From IMG/VR virus record IMGVR_UViG_3300022928_000001: a DNA stretch of 64,000 nucleotides. One strand, written 5' to 3'. The notes beneath the pieces were generated by a model, which worked only from the letters and a program-made list of their open reading frames with translations, did no database searches and had not been told where the DNA came from. The position numbers and the translations under genes are program-made. Positions 47,501-56,942 of the stretch are shown here, one piece after another. The stretch comes from an uncultured virus (IMG/VR IMGVR_UViG_3300022928_000001). Lineage: Duplodnaviria; Heunggongvirae; Uroviricota; Caudoviricetes. The stretch's first letter is position 1; each line of letters opens with the position of its first letter.

Positions 47501-50500
47501 AAATGAATCTTATTGAAGCTTTAGTTACTTCAATGGGTGCACGCGAGGCTATAAACTTATTAGAAAATGATATTGAGTTTAGAAAAAGATTTGCTGAGCA
47601 GCAACAACAAGAGCAGTCTAAAAATGTTTTTGAGCAAGCAGCAAATAAAATAAAAAATATATTTCAAAAATCTTTTGTAAAATCAATAAAAGAATTTGCA
47701 GCATTTGGCAAAACATGGAAGGCTATTGCTAAAGATTTTAATATTAATGTATTATTAGATTCTAAAAATGAAGCGGATGTTTTAGAATTTCAAAACTGGG
47801 TTGCTGAAACGGCAACTCGTTTTTTGCCTAGAAGTTTTTTTACAAGTGGAACTTTTGCGGGCGCTGGCACATCAGCTCCTTCAAGAAACTTTTATTATAC
47901 ATCTGTTGAGCAATTAAATGAATCAATAAAAAATTCTTCTTTTGCCAAAGAGGACTCAGATATTGAAGCTGCAGTAACAAAACAAAATTATACCTCAGGG
48001 GTTGGGTCTAAAAGAAAAATTCAAGATAAATTTTTAAAAGGTCTTTGGGGTTCTGCTAAATTACAAGAGCAAAATAAATCTAAATTAGAAGGTTTAAAAA
48101 AAATATTTTTAGCTTTTGAGTCTATGATTAAGGAAGACCCAAATAATGCTAAATTTATTATAGCCATGCTAAGCAGCACTAGCCAGGGAATGGGGGGCTT
48201 TGTAAGAGTATCTGCTCCAATTAATTTTATAGCTAAAAATTTATTTGGAGTAATTGTTGAAGAGCATACTTTACCAGCTAGTTTGGTTGCAAAATATTTG
48301 TTTAACCAAGCCATGAATCAAACTGTTAATAAAGGATTCAATGGAATTAAAAATAATTATTTTCAGGGAGCTTTAGCAAAAATTGATGACAATAAACTTG
48401 CTGGATTAGGACCTGATGGTAGACCTTATAATTATAAAGAAAGAACCCCACCGGGATGGACTTTATTAGACAATATATGGGCTAGGTATTTTAATAAAAA
48501 TGTTAATAGTACATCAAACGGTATTGATCCTAATAATATTGTTTTAGCAAATAATAAAACTGTTGCAGAAGAATTTAATGTTGGTTTTGACGGATCAATT
48601 ATACCTGATGTTAAAAAACTACAACAAGAAGCTATAGCTGAGCAAACAGAAGATCAAGTAGAAAACCTAATTGATAGAGCTATAGCTAAGTTAACAGAGC
48701 TAACTGGAACGGAAGGAACTTTGCAAACTAATATAGGGGCTGTGCCAATTAATATAATTATTGGAGGTTTAAGAGCAACTAAATTAGCTTATCAAGGTGG
48801 AAAAGCTTTAGCTGATGCAATAGCTGATGGTTATAAAAAAGTTAAAGGCTACATGAGTGCTAAAGAGTGGTCTGATTTTGTAACACAATACACCAGTGAA
48901 GTAAAAAACGAAAAAAATCCTTCACAAGTTAAATTAGCAATACTTTCTGAAAAAGGGGTTGCTCAAGTGCAAGAGCAAGCTAGAAAAACAAATGAAGCTT
49001 TATTAAATAGCTTAGGCATAGAAACAGAAGGGTTAACAACAGAAGAAATTGTTGATAAAATAAATACGCTAAGAAAAGCAAAAGTAGCAGCAGCAAATAA
49101 AAAAGCACCAACTAAGAAGGCTAGAGTTTTTGATTTTGATGACACTCTAGCTAAAACTAAATCTAACGTGCTATACACGCTTCCAGATGGCACTTCAGGA
49201 AGTTTAGATGCTACACAATTTGCAGAACAATATAGCGAGTTACAGGAAGCCGGAGCAACTTTTGATTATTCTGAGTTTAGCCAAGTAAAAGATGGAAGTA
49301 AAGGGCCGTTAGCTGTTCTTGCCAAAAAATTTACCGAGGCTAAAGGGGATAGAGATGTTTTTGTTTTAACAGCTAGACCCGCTGATTCAGCTAAAGCTAT
49401 ACAAGAATTTTTAAGATCAACATTAGGAATAAGTATTCCTTTGCAAAATATTACAGGTTTGGCAAATGGAAAACCTAGTGCTAAAGCTTTTTGGATTGCG
49501 GAAAAGGTTTCTGAAGGTTATAATGATGTATTTTTTGCGGATGACGCTGCTGCTAATGTAAAAGCAGTTGCCTCTATGCTTGACAACTTAGGTGTTACTA
49601 AACGAGTGCAACAAGCTAAAGAAACTGATCAAAAAAGCCTTGAAGATGAAATGGATTCTATTATTAGAGGTAAGAAAAGATCTAAAATAGCTAAATTTTT
49701 AAGTAAAATTAATATTTACATTCCGCCTGGAGCGGATGATTTTGCTGGACTGCTTCAATATTTTCAAGCCAAAGGAAAGTTAGGAGAAGAACAAATGCAA
49801 TGGTTTCAAGATAATTTATTAATTCCTTTTTCTAAAGGCATTGCCGCATTTACTTCTGCTAAAGTTACATTAGCTAGTGATTTTAAAGAATTAAATAAAA
49901 GATTTAAAAATACAAAAACACTAGGTGTATCTTCTAAATTTAGAAAATTGCTTGATAAAAAAGTATTAGATGGATTATATACTAATGAACAAGCAGTTAG
50001 AGCTTACTTATATGATAAAGCAGGAGAAGATTTAGGTATAAATAAAGCGGATGCTCAAGATTTAATAAGTTTAGTTGAAGGTAATTCTGAATTAAAAGCA
50101 TATGCAGATGAACTTTCTAAAATAACAAAATTAGATACAGGCTATCCTCCTATTACCGAGCAATGGCTAGGTGGGAATATTGAGTCAGACATGGCTACAG
50201 TTTCTAATAGAGCACAAAGAAAAGAATTTTTGCAAGAATTTATTAATAATAAAAATCAAATATTTTCTGAGCAAAACATGAAGCTAATAAAACAGGTTTA
50301 TGGAAATGACTTTACTGACGCTCTTAAAAACATTCTTGAAAGAATGGAAACTGGCCAAAATCGTAAAAAAGGTAAAGACAAGGAATTCAACGCAGCAATG
50401 AATTGGATTAACCAATCCGTAGGTGCGGTTATGTCTATTAACATGCGTTCCGCTTTGCTTCAACAAATGTCTATTGTTAATTACTTAAACTGGAATTTTA

Positions 50501-51981
50501 ATAATCCTATTAAAATGGGATTAGCTATGGCTAATGTCCCTCAGTTTATGAAAGATTACATTAAGATATTAAACTCCGATTTTTTAAAAGAAAGAAGAGG
50601 AGGTATGGCAATTGAAGTTAATTTATCAGATATAGCAGACTCAACTCCAGGTAATTTATTCCAAAGGCTAAACAAAAAAGTTTTAGAATTAGGATTTAAG
50701 CCTACTCAATGGGGTGATAGTAATGCTATTGCATTTGGTGGAGCTTCGTGGTATAGAAATAGATATAATCAATTAATTAAAGAAGGTTTATCTGAATCTG
50801 AAGCGGATGCTCAAGCTATGTTAGAATTTCAAGAAGTTACAGAAACCTCTCAACAGTCATCAAGGGTTGATAAAGTCTCTAGACAACAAGCTTCAGATAT
50901 AGGTAGACTTATATTAGCATTTGCTAATACACCATTACAGTATGCTCGTGAAACTAGAAAAGCAACTTCTGATTTAATAAATGGAAGAGGTGATTGGAGA
51001 ACAAATGCTTCAAAAATAATTTATTATGGAGTTGCCCAAAACTTAATATTTACCGCTTTACAGCAAGGTTTATTTTCTTTGTTAATTGGTGATGATGATG
51101 ATGACGAAGAAAAAAGAAACAAAAAATTAAATTATGCAGTAAACGGAGTTTTAGACGGCATACTTAGAGGTATGGGTTACGCAGGAGCGGTAGTATCCGC
51201 GCTTAAAAACTTAAGTATGGAGTACTACGATCAATATCAAAAAAGACAAGCTGGAGAAAGAGTATATGACGGTTCCTTAAAGCTTATACAAAAGGGTCTT
51301 TCAATTTCTCCTCCTATTAGCAAAAAAATAGGTGATATTGTAGAAGCCCAAAAGTTTGAAACATGGAGACAATATAAAAACGACCCGTTTTATCAAGCTT
51401 TTGCTTACGCTAATTATGTTTCAGGAATAACTAATTTGCCGGTTGATCGTGTTTTTAAGAAAATAGAAAACTTAAAAGCCGCTTCACTGGAAAGTACTGA
51501 AACGTGGCAATCTTTGTTTTTGTCTTTAGGTTGGTCGCCTTATAATGTAGGTGTAGAATATCCTAAAAAAGTTGGAAAGAAAAAAATAATAAAAATTTCA
51601 AAACCAAAAGAACTTAAACAATATAAGCCTATTGGTGGTAGTAAAAGAAAAAAGAAATCTTTAACTGGTATAGGTTCTGGAATTCCTAAAGTTTTACCTA
51701 AAGGTGTTTTAGGTAGAGCTAATCGCGATGGCAGCATTGAAGTTGCTGAAGGATTATCTCCTACTAAAAAAAAGCAAGTAATTGCTCATGAACAAAAGCA
51801 TCAAGAGGATATGAAATCTGGAAAACTAGATTATAATAAAAAATTTATTTATTGGAATAATGAAAAGTATAAAAGAACAGCTGATAAAAAAATAAATTAT
51901 AAAGGAAAATTATATATTGAAGGTTCTCCGGCTTTACCTTGGGAAAAAGCTGCAAATAAAGCTGAAAAAAAAATTAATTAA
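44521..51981 (+). CDS. Giant multidomain internal virion/ejection protein (sigma-like, HAD, zincin modules)
   Basis: 2486 aa at end of tail block; VFDFDDTL/LTAR/FADD HAD motifs; HEQKH; sigma region 2-like segment. Confidence 0.8.
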   Translation: MFEYNGQQFTLAEVEEAAANKKMSLDQYINQFGIKKIDSQIVEKPQPAAEIAAPAVGQTPDTGLQPAVGLLESPRLNLGQDLKDGLSPEERLQKKREEYTQEDLNSIKFQFDKGPEYGKRFGEEAYNKYIETGKIDTNLLPKQNRLVDPTTGKRLGVSDVLGNVFKNMPEQRKVMWASTKNLLFEFAEAAAKQGALNQGLGAGANVLASDETKEFQQKLAAESDSLFDEEVKANYKTILNSYNEMAKNPTGAGILGSGSTGLAGSASMVDLVGGLGTSVTSVATSVIPTMAATAVGGPVAGVAVMANLMIPSMVTDYNIEKANTLYKDLDTEEERINKLIDEDKQELGIPIALGTIATSLEYIGYKGIAGSIAKNMSKKGMKDWAKAMYAISKNKKGVSNSTATIKESATEVAQLIPELTNQYAAQGLSFEEGAKKMFIDDGKGGLGEFWQQAPEIAIQAAFGTRIFQGASSGLVRTLKTVRNKFPGVQGVNENSFFTLGVLKQRKATEQNKDVIEGLDAAIAIEEQKIKQAVFNGNNIVKKLDNKEVNSVAKASARIEENQEKIEDLKAQKDLDIIDNAQYETAVAGLNASIEKDNALIDGIVENAVKKENIREDDLSFKTGYDAFLEATRAESEAKTSNKIALDEYIQKNKELKNKLDSGLITKSEFDNQKADNTQDYKNTKQKNDAIIDKVNKNVESISSSSIKLSVELQKAFDEGVADGSIKKDDNGKNIISNKVYQALEKTQEAFIKKISNSVFNSIPKDLLVANTTKQDYEQNVKTEFLELLRSYDGSVPLGAFMQTYLPKRAIGKRALQGISNQRFTNDLESSAVQGMISEEDSEIAPEIKNIETAQALNISDDLLSTIKNAAKKALATVSKKVDDIKFKSDVSKSFKDDLYKLIKDAKGLKNTKTNPGLTKAIEESPEAFYNSLSIESMRMARAKGGVNPFEQAGLLKRDSNGDLQKVKFSNDILSKFLNYYTDESLKPAARSDRQMNLIEALVTSMGAREAINLLENDIEFRKRFAEQQQQEQSKNVFEQAANKIKNIFQKSFVKSIKEFAAFGKTWKAIAKDFNINVLLDSKNEADVLEFQNWVAETATRFLPRSFFTSGTFAGAGTSAPSRNFYYTSVEQLNESIKNSSFAKEDSDIEAAVTKQNYTSGVGSKRKIQDKFLKGLWGSAKLQEQNKSKLEGLKKIFLAFESMIKEDPNNAKFIIAMLSSTSQGMGGFVRVSAPINFIAKNLFGVIVEEHTLPASLVAKYLFNQAMNQTVNKGFNGIKNNYFQGALAKIDDNKLAGLGPDGRPYNYKERTPPGWTLLDNIWARYFNKNVNSTSNGIDPNNIVLANNKTVAEEFNVGFDGSIIPDVKKLQQEAIAEQTEDQVENLIDRAIAKLTELTGTEGTLQTNIGAVPINIIIGGLRATKLAYQGGKALADAIADGYKKVKGYMSAKEWSDFVTQYTSEVKNEKNPSQVKLAILSEKGVAQVQEQARKTNEALLNSLGIETEGLTTEEIVDKINTLRKAKVAAANKKAPTKKARVFDFDDTLAKTKSNVLYTLPDGTSGSLDATQFAEQYSELQEAGATFDYSEFSQVKDGSKGPLAVLAKKFTEAKGDRDVFVLTARPADSAKAIQEFLRSTLGISIPLQNITGLANGKPSAKAFWIAEKVSEGYNDVFFADDAAANVKAVASMLDNLGVTKRVQQAKETDQKSLEDEMDSIIRGKKRSKIAKFLSKINIYIPPGADDFAGLLQYFQAKGKLGEEQMQWFQDNLLIPFSKGIAAFTSAKVTLASDFKELNKRFKNTKTLGVSSKFRKLLDKKVLDGLYTNEQAVRAYLYDKAGEDLGINKADAQDLISLVEGNSELKAYADELSKITKLDTGYPPITEQWLGGNIESDMATVSNRAQRKEFLQEFINNKNQIFSEQNMKLIKQVYGNDFTDALKNILERMETGQNRKKGKDKEFNAAMNWINQSVGAVMSINMRSALLQQMSIVNYLNWNFNNPIKMGLAMANVPQFMKDYIKILNSDFLKERRGGMAIEVNLSDIADSTPGNLFQRLNKKVLELGFKPTQWGDSNAIAFGGASWYRNRYNQLIKEGLSESEADAQAMLEFQEVTETSQQSSRVDKVSRQQASDIGRLILAFANTPLQYARETRKATSDLINGRGDWRTNASKIIYYGVAQNLIFTALQQGLFSLLIGDDDDDEEKRNKKLNYAVNGVLDGILRGMGYAGAVVSALKNLSMEYYDQYQKRQAGERVYDGSLKLIQKGLSISPPISKKIGDIVEAQKFETWRQYKNDPFYQAFAYANYVSGITNLPVDRVFKKIENLKAASLESTETWQSLFLSLGWSPYNVGVEYPKKVGKKKIIKISKPKELKQYKPIGGSKRKKKSLTGIGSGIPKVLPKGVLGRANRDGSIEVAEGLSPTKKKQVIAHEQKHQEDMKSGKLDYNKKFIYWNNEKYKRTADKKINYKGKLYIEGSPALPWEKAANKAEKKIN

Positions 51982-51983
51982 TT

Positions 51984-52571
51984 ATGGAAGACGAAAGTTT
52001 AAAATTAAAAAAAGCCCGTGAAAAAATGAACGATGCTTTAGGTTTAAAAGAATCAAACTCTATTACTCCTGAGCCTAAGCTTAAAACAAAAAAACAAAAA
52101 AATAAAGCAAAAAAAAGAGTTGATAAAATTACCCGTAGAGTAGAAAGAAAATACGATGCTGGAGATCTTAGCACTACTGAAAATATGGCAGCTGCAAGAA
52201 CAAAAGAGGGTAATTTAATTGATACAAGAAAACAAAAAAGAAAAGATTATCTTGTTGCTTTTGCTAATGAACTAGCTCCCGCAGAACAATCTGGGCAATA
52301 TAAAGGAGAAGCTTTTGGTAAAGGGCCAAAACCCACGAGTGGCGAAGCAAGTATTGCAGGTGCTCAAGCTGCTGTTGATGATAAAAGAGCGGAAACAGCA
52401 AAAAATGAGCAGCAATATTCAGATATTTTTAAAGGATTACAAGATGTATCAAACGATAAATTACTTAATAATTTTTCTTATGATACAGGTGTTTCTGGTT
52501 TAAATAAAAATACAGACTCGAATCCTTCTTCTTTTATGAAAAAAGAATATTTTAAAAAGAGAGGATATTAA
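51984..52571 (+). CDS. Hypothetical protein
   Basis: ORF track; last late gene. Confidence 0.7.
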   Translation: MEDESLKLKKAREKMNDALGLKESNSITPEPKLKTKKQKNKAKKRVDKITRRVERKYDAGDLSTTENMAAARTKEGNLIDTRKQKRKDYLVAFANELAPAEQSGQYKGEAFGKGPKPTSGEASIAGAQAAVDDKRAETAKNEQQYSDIFKGLQDVSNDKLLNNFSYDTGVSGLNKNTDSNPSSFMKKEYFKKRGY

Positions 52572-52616
52572 ATAAAAAAAGGGGTAACCATTTACGGCTA
52601 CCCCTTTATTTTTTTT
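52571..52616. terminator. Bidirectional intrinsic terminator
   Basis: A-tract, GGGGTA.CC-N6-GG.TACCCC, T-tract between convergent blocks. Confidence 0.9.
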
Positions 52617-54357
52617 ACCCATCACAAGATATGCAACTAGGATCCATTGCTTTTGCGGCTATATCGCCTCGCAATACTGATTCTGTACGCATATAATATA
52701 ATGTTTTTATACCTCTTTTCCAAGCTTCAAAATGTACCTGATTAATCCATCTAGGCTCTGCTTCTGAAGGGAAAGCTAAATTAAGTGATACCGACTGATC
52801 TATATAATCTTGCCGTATACCCGCTTGACCAACCAATTCTAATTGGTTTATTTCTTTAAATGTTTTAAATACATTTTTAACTGGCTCACCATCTTCTTGA
52901 GTTAGTCGTCCGAGGTGGTCGTAAAACCATCCATCGAGTTCTTTAATTCCTTGAACGGATCCACCATCTTCCAAAATTTTATCCCAAATTTCTTTGGTAT
53001 CGATACCAATCTTTTTAAATACTTTTTTAAGTTCATTGTTTTTGCGTATAAACGTTCCTTTAGCTGATTGCTCTGTAAATACATTAGCAGCCCAAGGCTC
53101 AATTCCAGGAGATATATTGCCACTAAGCTTACTATTAGAGACTGTAGGGGCCACAGACCGAAGATGAGTGTTACGCATACCAGTACCCACACACCAGAGA
53201 GGCTCCCCATATATTTCTGCAAGCTTTCTTGACGCTCTTTCAGATTCAATTTTAATTTTACTAAAAATTTCACGTGTTTTAAATTGTGCTAATAATCCTT
53301 CAAAAGCAATTCCTTTTTGCTGCAACAAAGTATGCCAACCTAAAACACCTAAGCCAACTGCTCGGCCTTTTTCAGCACTACGTATAGCATTCTCAAAGCC
53401 TTTCATGTTTTTAGCTTTTTGTATAAACTCTTCCATCACTCCATCTAAAAACCAAATAGCATCGTAAATAAGATTAGTATTTTTCCATTCATCATACTTT
53501 GCAAGGTTTACTGAAGACAAACAACAAACAAAACTATGCGATTCATCTGTATGCAATGTAATTTCACTGCATATGTTTGTCATATGTACTTTTAAGCTAT
53601 TGCTTTTGTAAGCATCTGGATTAGCTTTGTTCGTATTGCCTTTAAAGAGGATATACGGCTCCCCAGTAGCTTTACGTTTTTGGAGTAGTTTTGACCACCT
53701 CGATCTTGCTTCTTGATCTCCGCCCTCGAGTCTTCGCATAAACTTATCGCCAACGACAGCACACTGATGTAGGTTAAGAGATTGCCTGTTGACGTCACCT
53801 TTAGGTTCTCTGATTTCCAACCATTCATCAAAATCAGGGTGTTCGATATTGAGATTAACGGATGCAGCCCCTCTTCGTACTGATCCTTGATTGGTCGCGA
53901 GTATAGTTGAGTCATAGATTTTGCAAAAAGGGACAACTCCATCTGATGTTCCATTACCTGTAATTTTAGCTCCAGCGGGTCTTATCATATTAATGCCAAT
54001 ACCTACACCCCCGCCGTGCTTTGCAAGCAGCATCATTTCTAAATTCTTTTGTCCAATATCATTTATACTATCTGCTACATCAATACCAAAGCAACTTATA
54101 GGTAAACCTCGGTCTGTGCCTGTATTAGACAACACTGGGGAAGCTAAACATAGCCACCCCTTCCATATATACTCAAAAAACTTTTCAGCCAGTTCTGGCT
54201 TATATAAACGCCTCGCTACTGAATTAGCTACTCTTTGATAGGCGTCTCTAGGTGATTCTCCTAAAAGCAAATATCCGCCTGTAATGGTTTTTTTATAAAC
54301 CTCAGTGTCTCCCCAAGACGGATAGTCAACACCTTTTTTCCATTCTTTATTCCACAT
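52615..54357 (-). CDS. nrdA: Ribonucleotide reductase class Ia alpha subunit
   Basis: SPVLSN, ISCF, TNICSEI, APTVS, KTLYY, C-terminal CISC. Confidence 0.95.
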   Translation of the reverse strand: MWNKEWKKGVDYPSWGDTEVYKKTITGGYLLLGESPRDAYQRVANSVARRLYKPELAEKFFEYIWKGWLCLASPVLSNTGTDRGLPISCFGIDVADSINDIGQKNLEMMLLAKHGGGVGIGINMIRPAGAKITGNGTSDGVVPFCKIYDSTILATNQGSVRRGAASVNLNIEHPDFDEWLEIREPKGDVNRQSLNLHQCAVVGDKFMRRLEGGDQEARSRWSKLLQKRKATGEPYILFKGNTNKANPDAYKSNSLKVHMTNICSEITLHTDESHSFVCCLSSVNLAKYDEWKNTNLIYDAIWFLDGVMEEFIQKAKNMKGFENAIRSAEKGRAVGLGVLGWHTLLQQKGIAFEGLLAQFKTREIFSKIKIESERASRKLAEIYGEPLWCVGTGMRNTHLRSVAPTVSNSKLSGNISPGIEPWAANVFTEQSAKGTFIRKNNELKKVFKKIGIDTKEIWDKILEDGGSVQGIKELDGWFYDHLGRLTQEDGEPVKNVFKTFKEINQLELVGQAGIRQDYIDQSVSLNLAFPSEAEPRWINQVHFEAWKRGIKTLYYMRTESVLRGDIAAKAMDPSCISCDG

Positions 54358-54362
54358 CTAAT

Positions 54363-54509
54363 TTATTTTAGTTCTTTATCTTTCTTAAGCATATCTTTTT
54401 TATTAGTTCTAATATACTCAAGTATAGCTCCTGCTACTCTTACATCTGAATCAAACATATTGGTTAAATCAGATTCATATTCAAATAATTCTTGTAATGG
54501 TGTTTTCAT
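54363..54509 (-). CDS. Hypothetical protein (48 aa, MKTPLQELFE...)
   Basis: Translated by hand; TAATG coupling. Confidence 0.6.
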   Translation of the reverse strand: MKTPLQELFEYESDLTNMFDSDVRVAGAILEYIRTNKKDMLKKDKELK

Positions 54510-54859
54510 TATGCACTATATAAATAAATTAAATATCCTATTGTAACATTTACATTAACCGCAACTAAGTTCCATTGTTTTAAAACAAAAACCTGCGGAG
54601 TTAATAATAAGCCGGCTATTACATATGTTATTCCTCCAATTTTACCATAGCTTAATAAATGCGGAGACATCATCATGAAAGCTGTGCCCATATACCCTAA
54701 TCTAAAAGAAAGTCTTTCAATAGCAGTTAATCTTCTATCGTGTACTAATGCTCTTAAAAATCTTTGTTTAAAACGATATTCACATTTCTTACAGGTGCGT
54801 TTACCATAACGAAACTTATTTGTATTTTTTTCTTTATGGCATTTGTTACATTTTCTCAT
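54509..54859 (-). CDS. Zn-ribbon plus membrane protein
   Basis: CNKC...CKKC then about 3 hydrophobic segments; start likely ATG 54859 coupled to nrdB stop. Confidence 0.65.
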   Translation of the reverse strand: MRKCNKCHKEKNTNKFRYGKRTCKKCEYRFKQRFLRALVHDRRLTAIERLSFRLGYMGTAFMMMSPHLLSYGKIGGITYVIAGLLLTPQVFVLKQWNLVAVNVNVTIGYLIYLYSA

Positions 54860-55827
54860 TACCAAATATCTTCAAAATCTTCTCCTTCATTCGCTTTGGA
54901 ATAGTCCGTGGGACGTACAGCAAAAAAGTCAGTATGAGTGTGACCACCAGTGAGATGGTAAAACCAATCGAGTTTGCTTGCTCCTTCGGCATCATATTCA
55001 AAGTACTTCCTGATGTTTGTGTAACCAAGTTCATTGATTTTTTCATTAAGTCTTTTTCTAATAAATTGTTTGAGATCGTTGGCTTTAAGGTTTTCAATAT
55101 CTCCTTGTTCGAACATTTTGTCAATATATCTTTCTTCTGCTTTAAGCATTGCTTCTGCTGCATCTATAACATCTTTTTTACAATCTTCTAATAACTTAGG
55201 ATCTTCTTGACACATATGCTTAAACAGCTGGCAACCCATCTTACTGTGTAATGATTCATCTCGCACAGACCATTTCATTTGTTGTCCAATACCTTTTAAA
55301 AGATTTCTTAACTGGAAGCTATATAACACAGCAAAAGCAGAATATAAACTAACTCCTTCAGCAAAAGCACTAAAAATAGCCAACGATTTTGCAATACCAA
55401 TTTTATCAGTTCCTTCATAGCTAACTAAATTATCAAAGCGTTCCATAGTAGCTTCGTCTTGTAAAAACGCTTCAAAGTTTTCTAATCCTAATGTTTCATT
55501 TAAATAGCTATAAGCAACAGCGTGTATTGTTTCTTGCGAACCAAACATCATAGCCATTTGCTGTATTTCGTGCTTAGGAAACCAGCCTACTACCTTTTGA
55601 GTCCAATAATCTGAAACGGCACATTCTGTTTGGGCAAAGCCTAATAAAATATTACCAACTAAGTTTTTTTCTGAATCAGTTAGTTTTTCGTTCCAATCCT
55701 TAACGTCACCTGACATTGGTATTTCGGTGTGCAACCAGAACGCTTGAGCTTGTTTAAGCCATCCCTCAGTATAGTACTCTGGATATTCAAATGGTTTGTA
55801 CGGTATTCTTTCATCAAATAATCCCAT
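54859..55827 (-). CDS. nrdB: Ribonucleotide reductase class I beta subunit
   Basis: ETIHAVAYS, EGVSLYSAF, RDESLH, TDFFA. Confidence 0.95.
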   Translation of the reverse strand: MGLFDERIPYKPFEYPEYYTEGWLKQAQAFWLHTEIPMSGDVKDWNEKLTDSEKNLVGNILLGFAQTECAVSDYWTQKVVGWFPKHEIQQMAMMFGSQETIHAVAYSYLNETLGLENFEAFLQDEATMERFDNLVSYEGTDKIGIAKSLAIFSAFAEGVSLYSAFAVLYSFQLRNLLKGIGQQMKWSVRDESLHSKMGCQLFKHMCQEDPKLLEDCKKDVIDAAEAMLKAEERYIDKMFEQGDIENLKANDLKQFIRKRLNEKINELGYTNIRKYFEYDAEGASKLDWFYHLTGGHTHTDFFAVRPTDYSKANEGEDFEDIW

Positions 55828-56025
55828 TTATTTTTCTTCTTCTTTTTTAGTTAAACTTTCTTTTAATTTATCTAATGCTAATTGGTAATCTGGAAACTCT
55901 TTAATTAATTCCATAGTACCTATTGATAAATCTTTAAGATTAGTTAACTCTTGCACAACCCTATTCATAGCTGACCCTAAAGTATCTATTTTATTAGACA
56001 TTTCTATTAATCTACTTTCTTTCAT
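55828..56025 (-). CDS. Hypothetical protein
   Basis: ORF track; abuts nrdB. Confidence 0.7.
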   Translation of the reverse strand: MKESRLIEMSNKIDTLGSAMNRVVQELTNLKDLSIGTMELIKEFPDYQLALDKLKESLTKKEEEK

Positions 56026-56171
56026 TCTAATATTTTTTTACTTAAAAAAACAGGTGAGCCGTCTTTTATATATGCAATTATATGTTTGTCTCGCTCTTCA
56101 ATAATTATGTTATCACCTTTTTTAAATCTACTAGGATAATTTTTTAATAAATATTCTTCTATATTACTCAT
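56022..56171 (-). CDS. Hypothetical protein (49 aa, MSNIEEYLLK...)
   Basis: Translated by hand; ATGA overlap. Confidence 0.6.
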   Translation of the reverse strand: MSNIEEYLLKNYPSRFKKGDNIIIEERDKHIIAYIKDGSPVFLSKKILE

Positions 56172-56301
56172 AATATATTGTTATTATAAATTCAACAAAT
56201 GGCAAATAAACTACATGCTCTACAAATTGCTGCTCCGGATAGCTTCTAGCTCCTATAAGCACCCCAGGATATAATCCTACTGCTAATTCCCAACCTTTCA
56301 T
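56164..56301 (-). CDS. Hypothetical protein (45 aa, MKGWELAVGLYPG...)
   Basis: Translated by hand; overlaps next start. Confidence 0.6.
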   Translation of the reverse strand: MKGWELAVGLYPGVLIGARSYPEQQFVEHVVYLPFVEFIITIYYE

Positions 56302-56364
56302 TGCGTTTCATTTAAATAATAAAGAAGCATCTTCATATGAAAAGATACCCTTTCTTTATAGTGA

Positions 56365-56484
56365 CTACGTAGTGTAAAATCCGTGTCCTCTTGCAATTCT
56401 ATCAATTTCTCTGTATTTGATTCCACCTTTTTCTTTTTTAGTGTATTGTTTAATATCTCTTTCTAATACTCTTCTTGTATACAT
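56365..56484 (-). CDS. Hypothetical protein (39 aa, MYTRRVLERD...)
   Basis: 3' part of track ORF 56365..56595; ATG coupled (TAATG) to endonuclease stop. Confidence 0.5.
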   Translation of the reverse strand: MYTRRVLERDIKQYTKKEKGGIKYREIDRIARGHGFYTT

Positions 56485-56942
56485 TAGTCGCGCTTTCTTT
56501 TTCTGTTCTCTTTGATCAGCATCACCGTCCGGTCTACTTCTTTCTGGTTTTGCGGCTTGTAAAGCGTCTTTCCAATCTTGTTTTTTGTAAGCCATAATTT
56601 AAATAATTTCCATCTCAAAGGGAAAGACTCATTAGCCCTTCCCTTGCATTCTATTATGTAGTCTTTTCCAACGAAGTCAGGTGTATACTTAATTCCCAAA
56701 ACTTTTTTTTGCCCTCTGTTAGTATACTCACCCTTTCCGTTGGATTGTTTTTCGTAAGATTGATTTTCAAAATTAAATCCTTCGACCAACTGGAAAACTT
56801 CATTTTCATAACCTTCAAATAATTTTTCTTTTTTTAAAGCCATATAAGTATACCGTTCTAAGCCTGACGCAAAGTTTATTCCGTCATAAGATATTTTTTT
56901 AGCTTGTACAGGTCCTCGCTTTTTACTACGTTTTTTTACCAT
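56484..56942 (-). CDS. T7 endonuclease I-like resolvase
   Basis: FASGLE, YTPDF, IIECKG. Confidence 0.85.
   Translation of the reverse strand: MVKKRSKKRGPVQAKKISYDGINFASGLERYTYMALKKEKLFEGYENEVFQLVEGFNFENQSYEKQSNGKGEYTNRGQKKVLGIKYTPDFVGKDYIIECKGRANESFPLRWKLFKLWLTKNKIGKTLYKPQNQKEVDRTVMLIKENRKRKRD

Noticed and set aside
49126..49150. DFDD as the catalytic loop of a crAss-type virion RNA polymerase (DFDID/DxDGD)
   Set aside because: Context is DFDDTL with downstream LTAR and FADD, which is a HAD domain; no other RNAP motifs recognised
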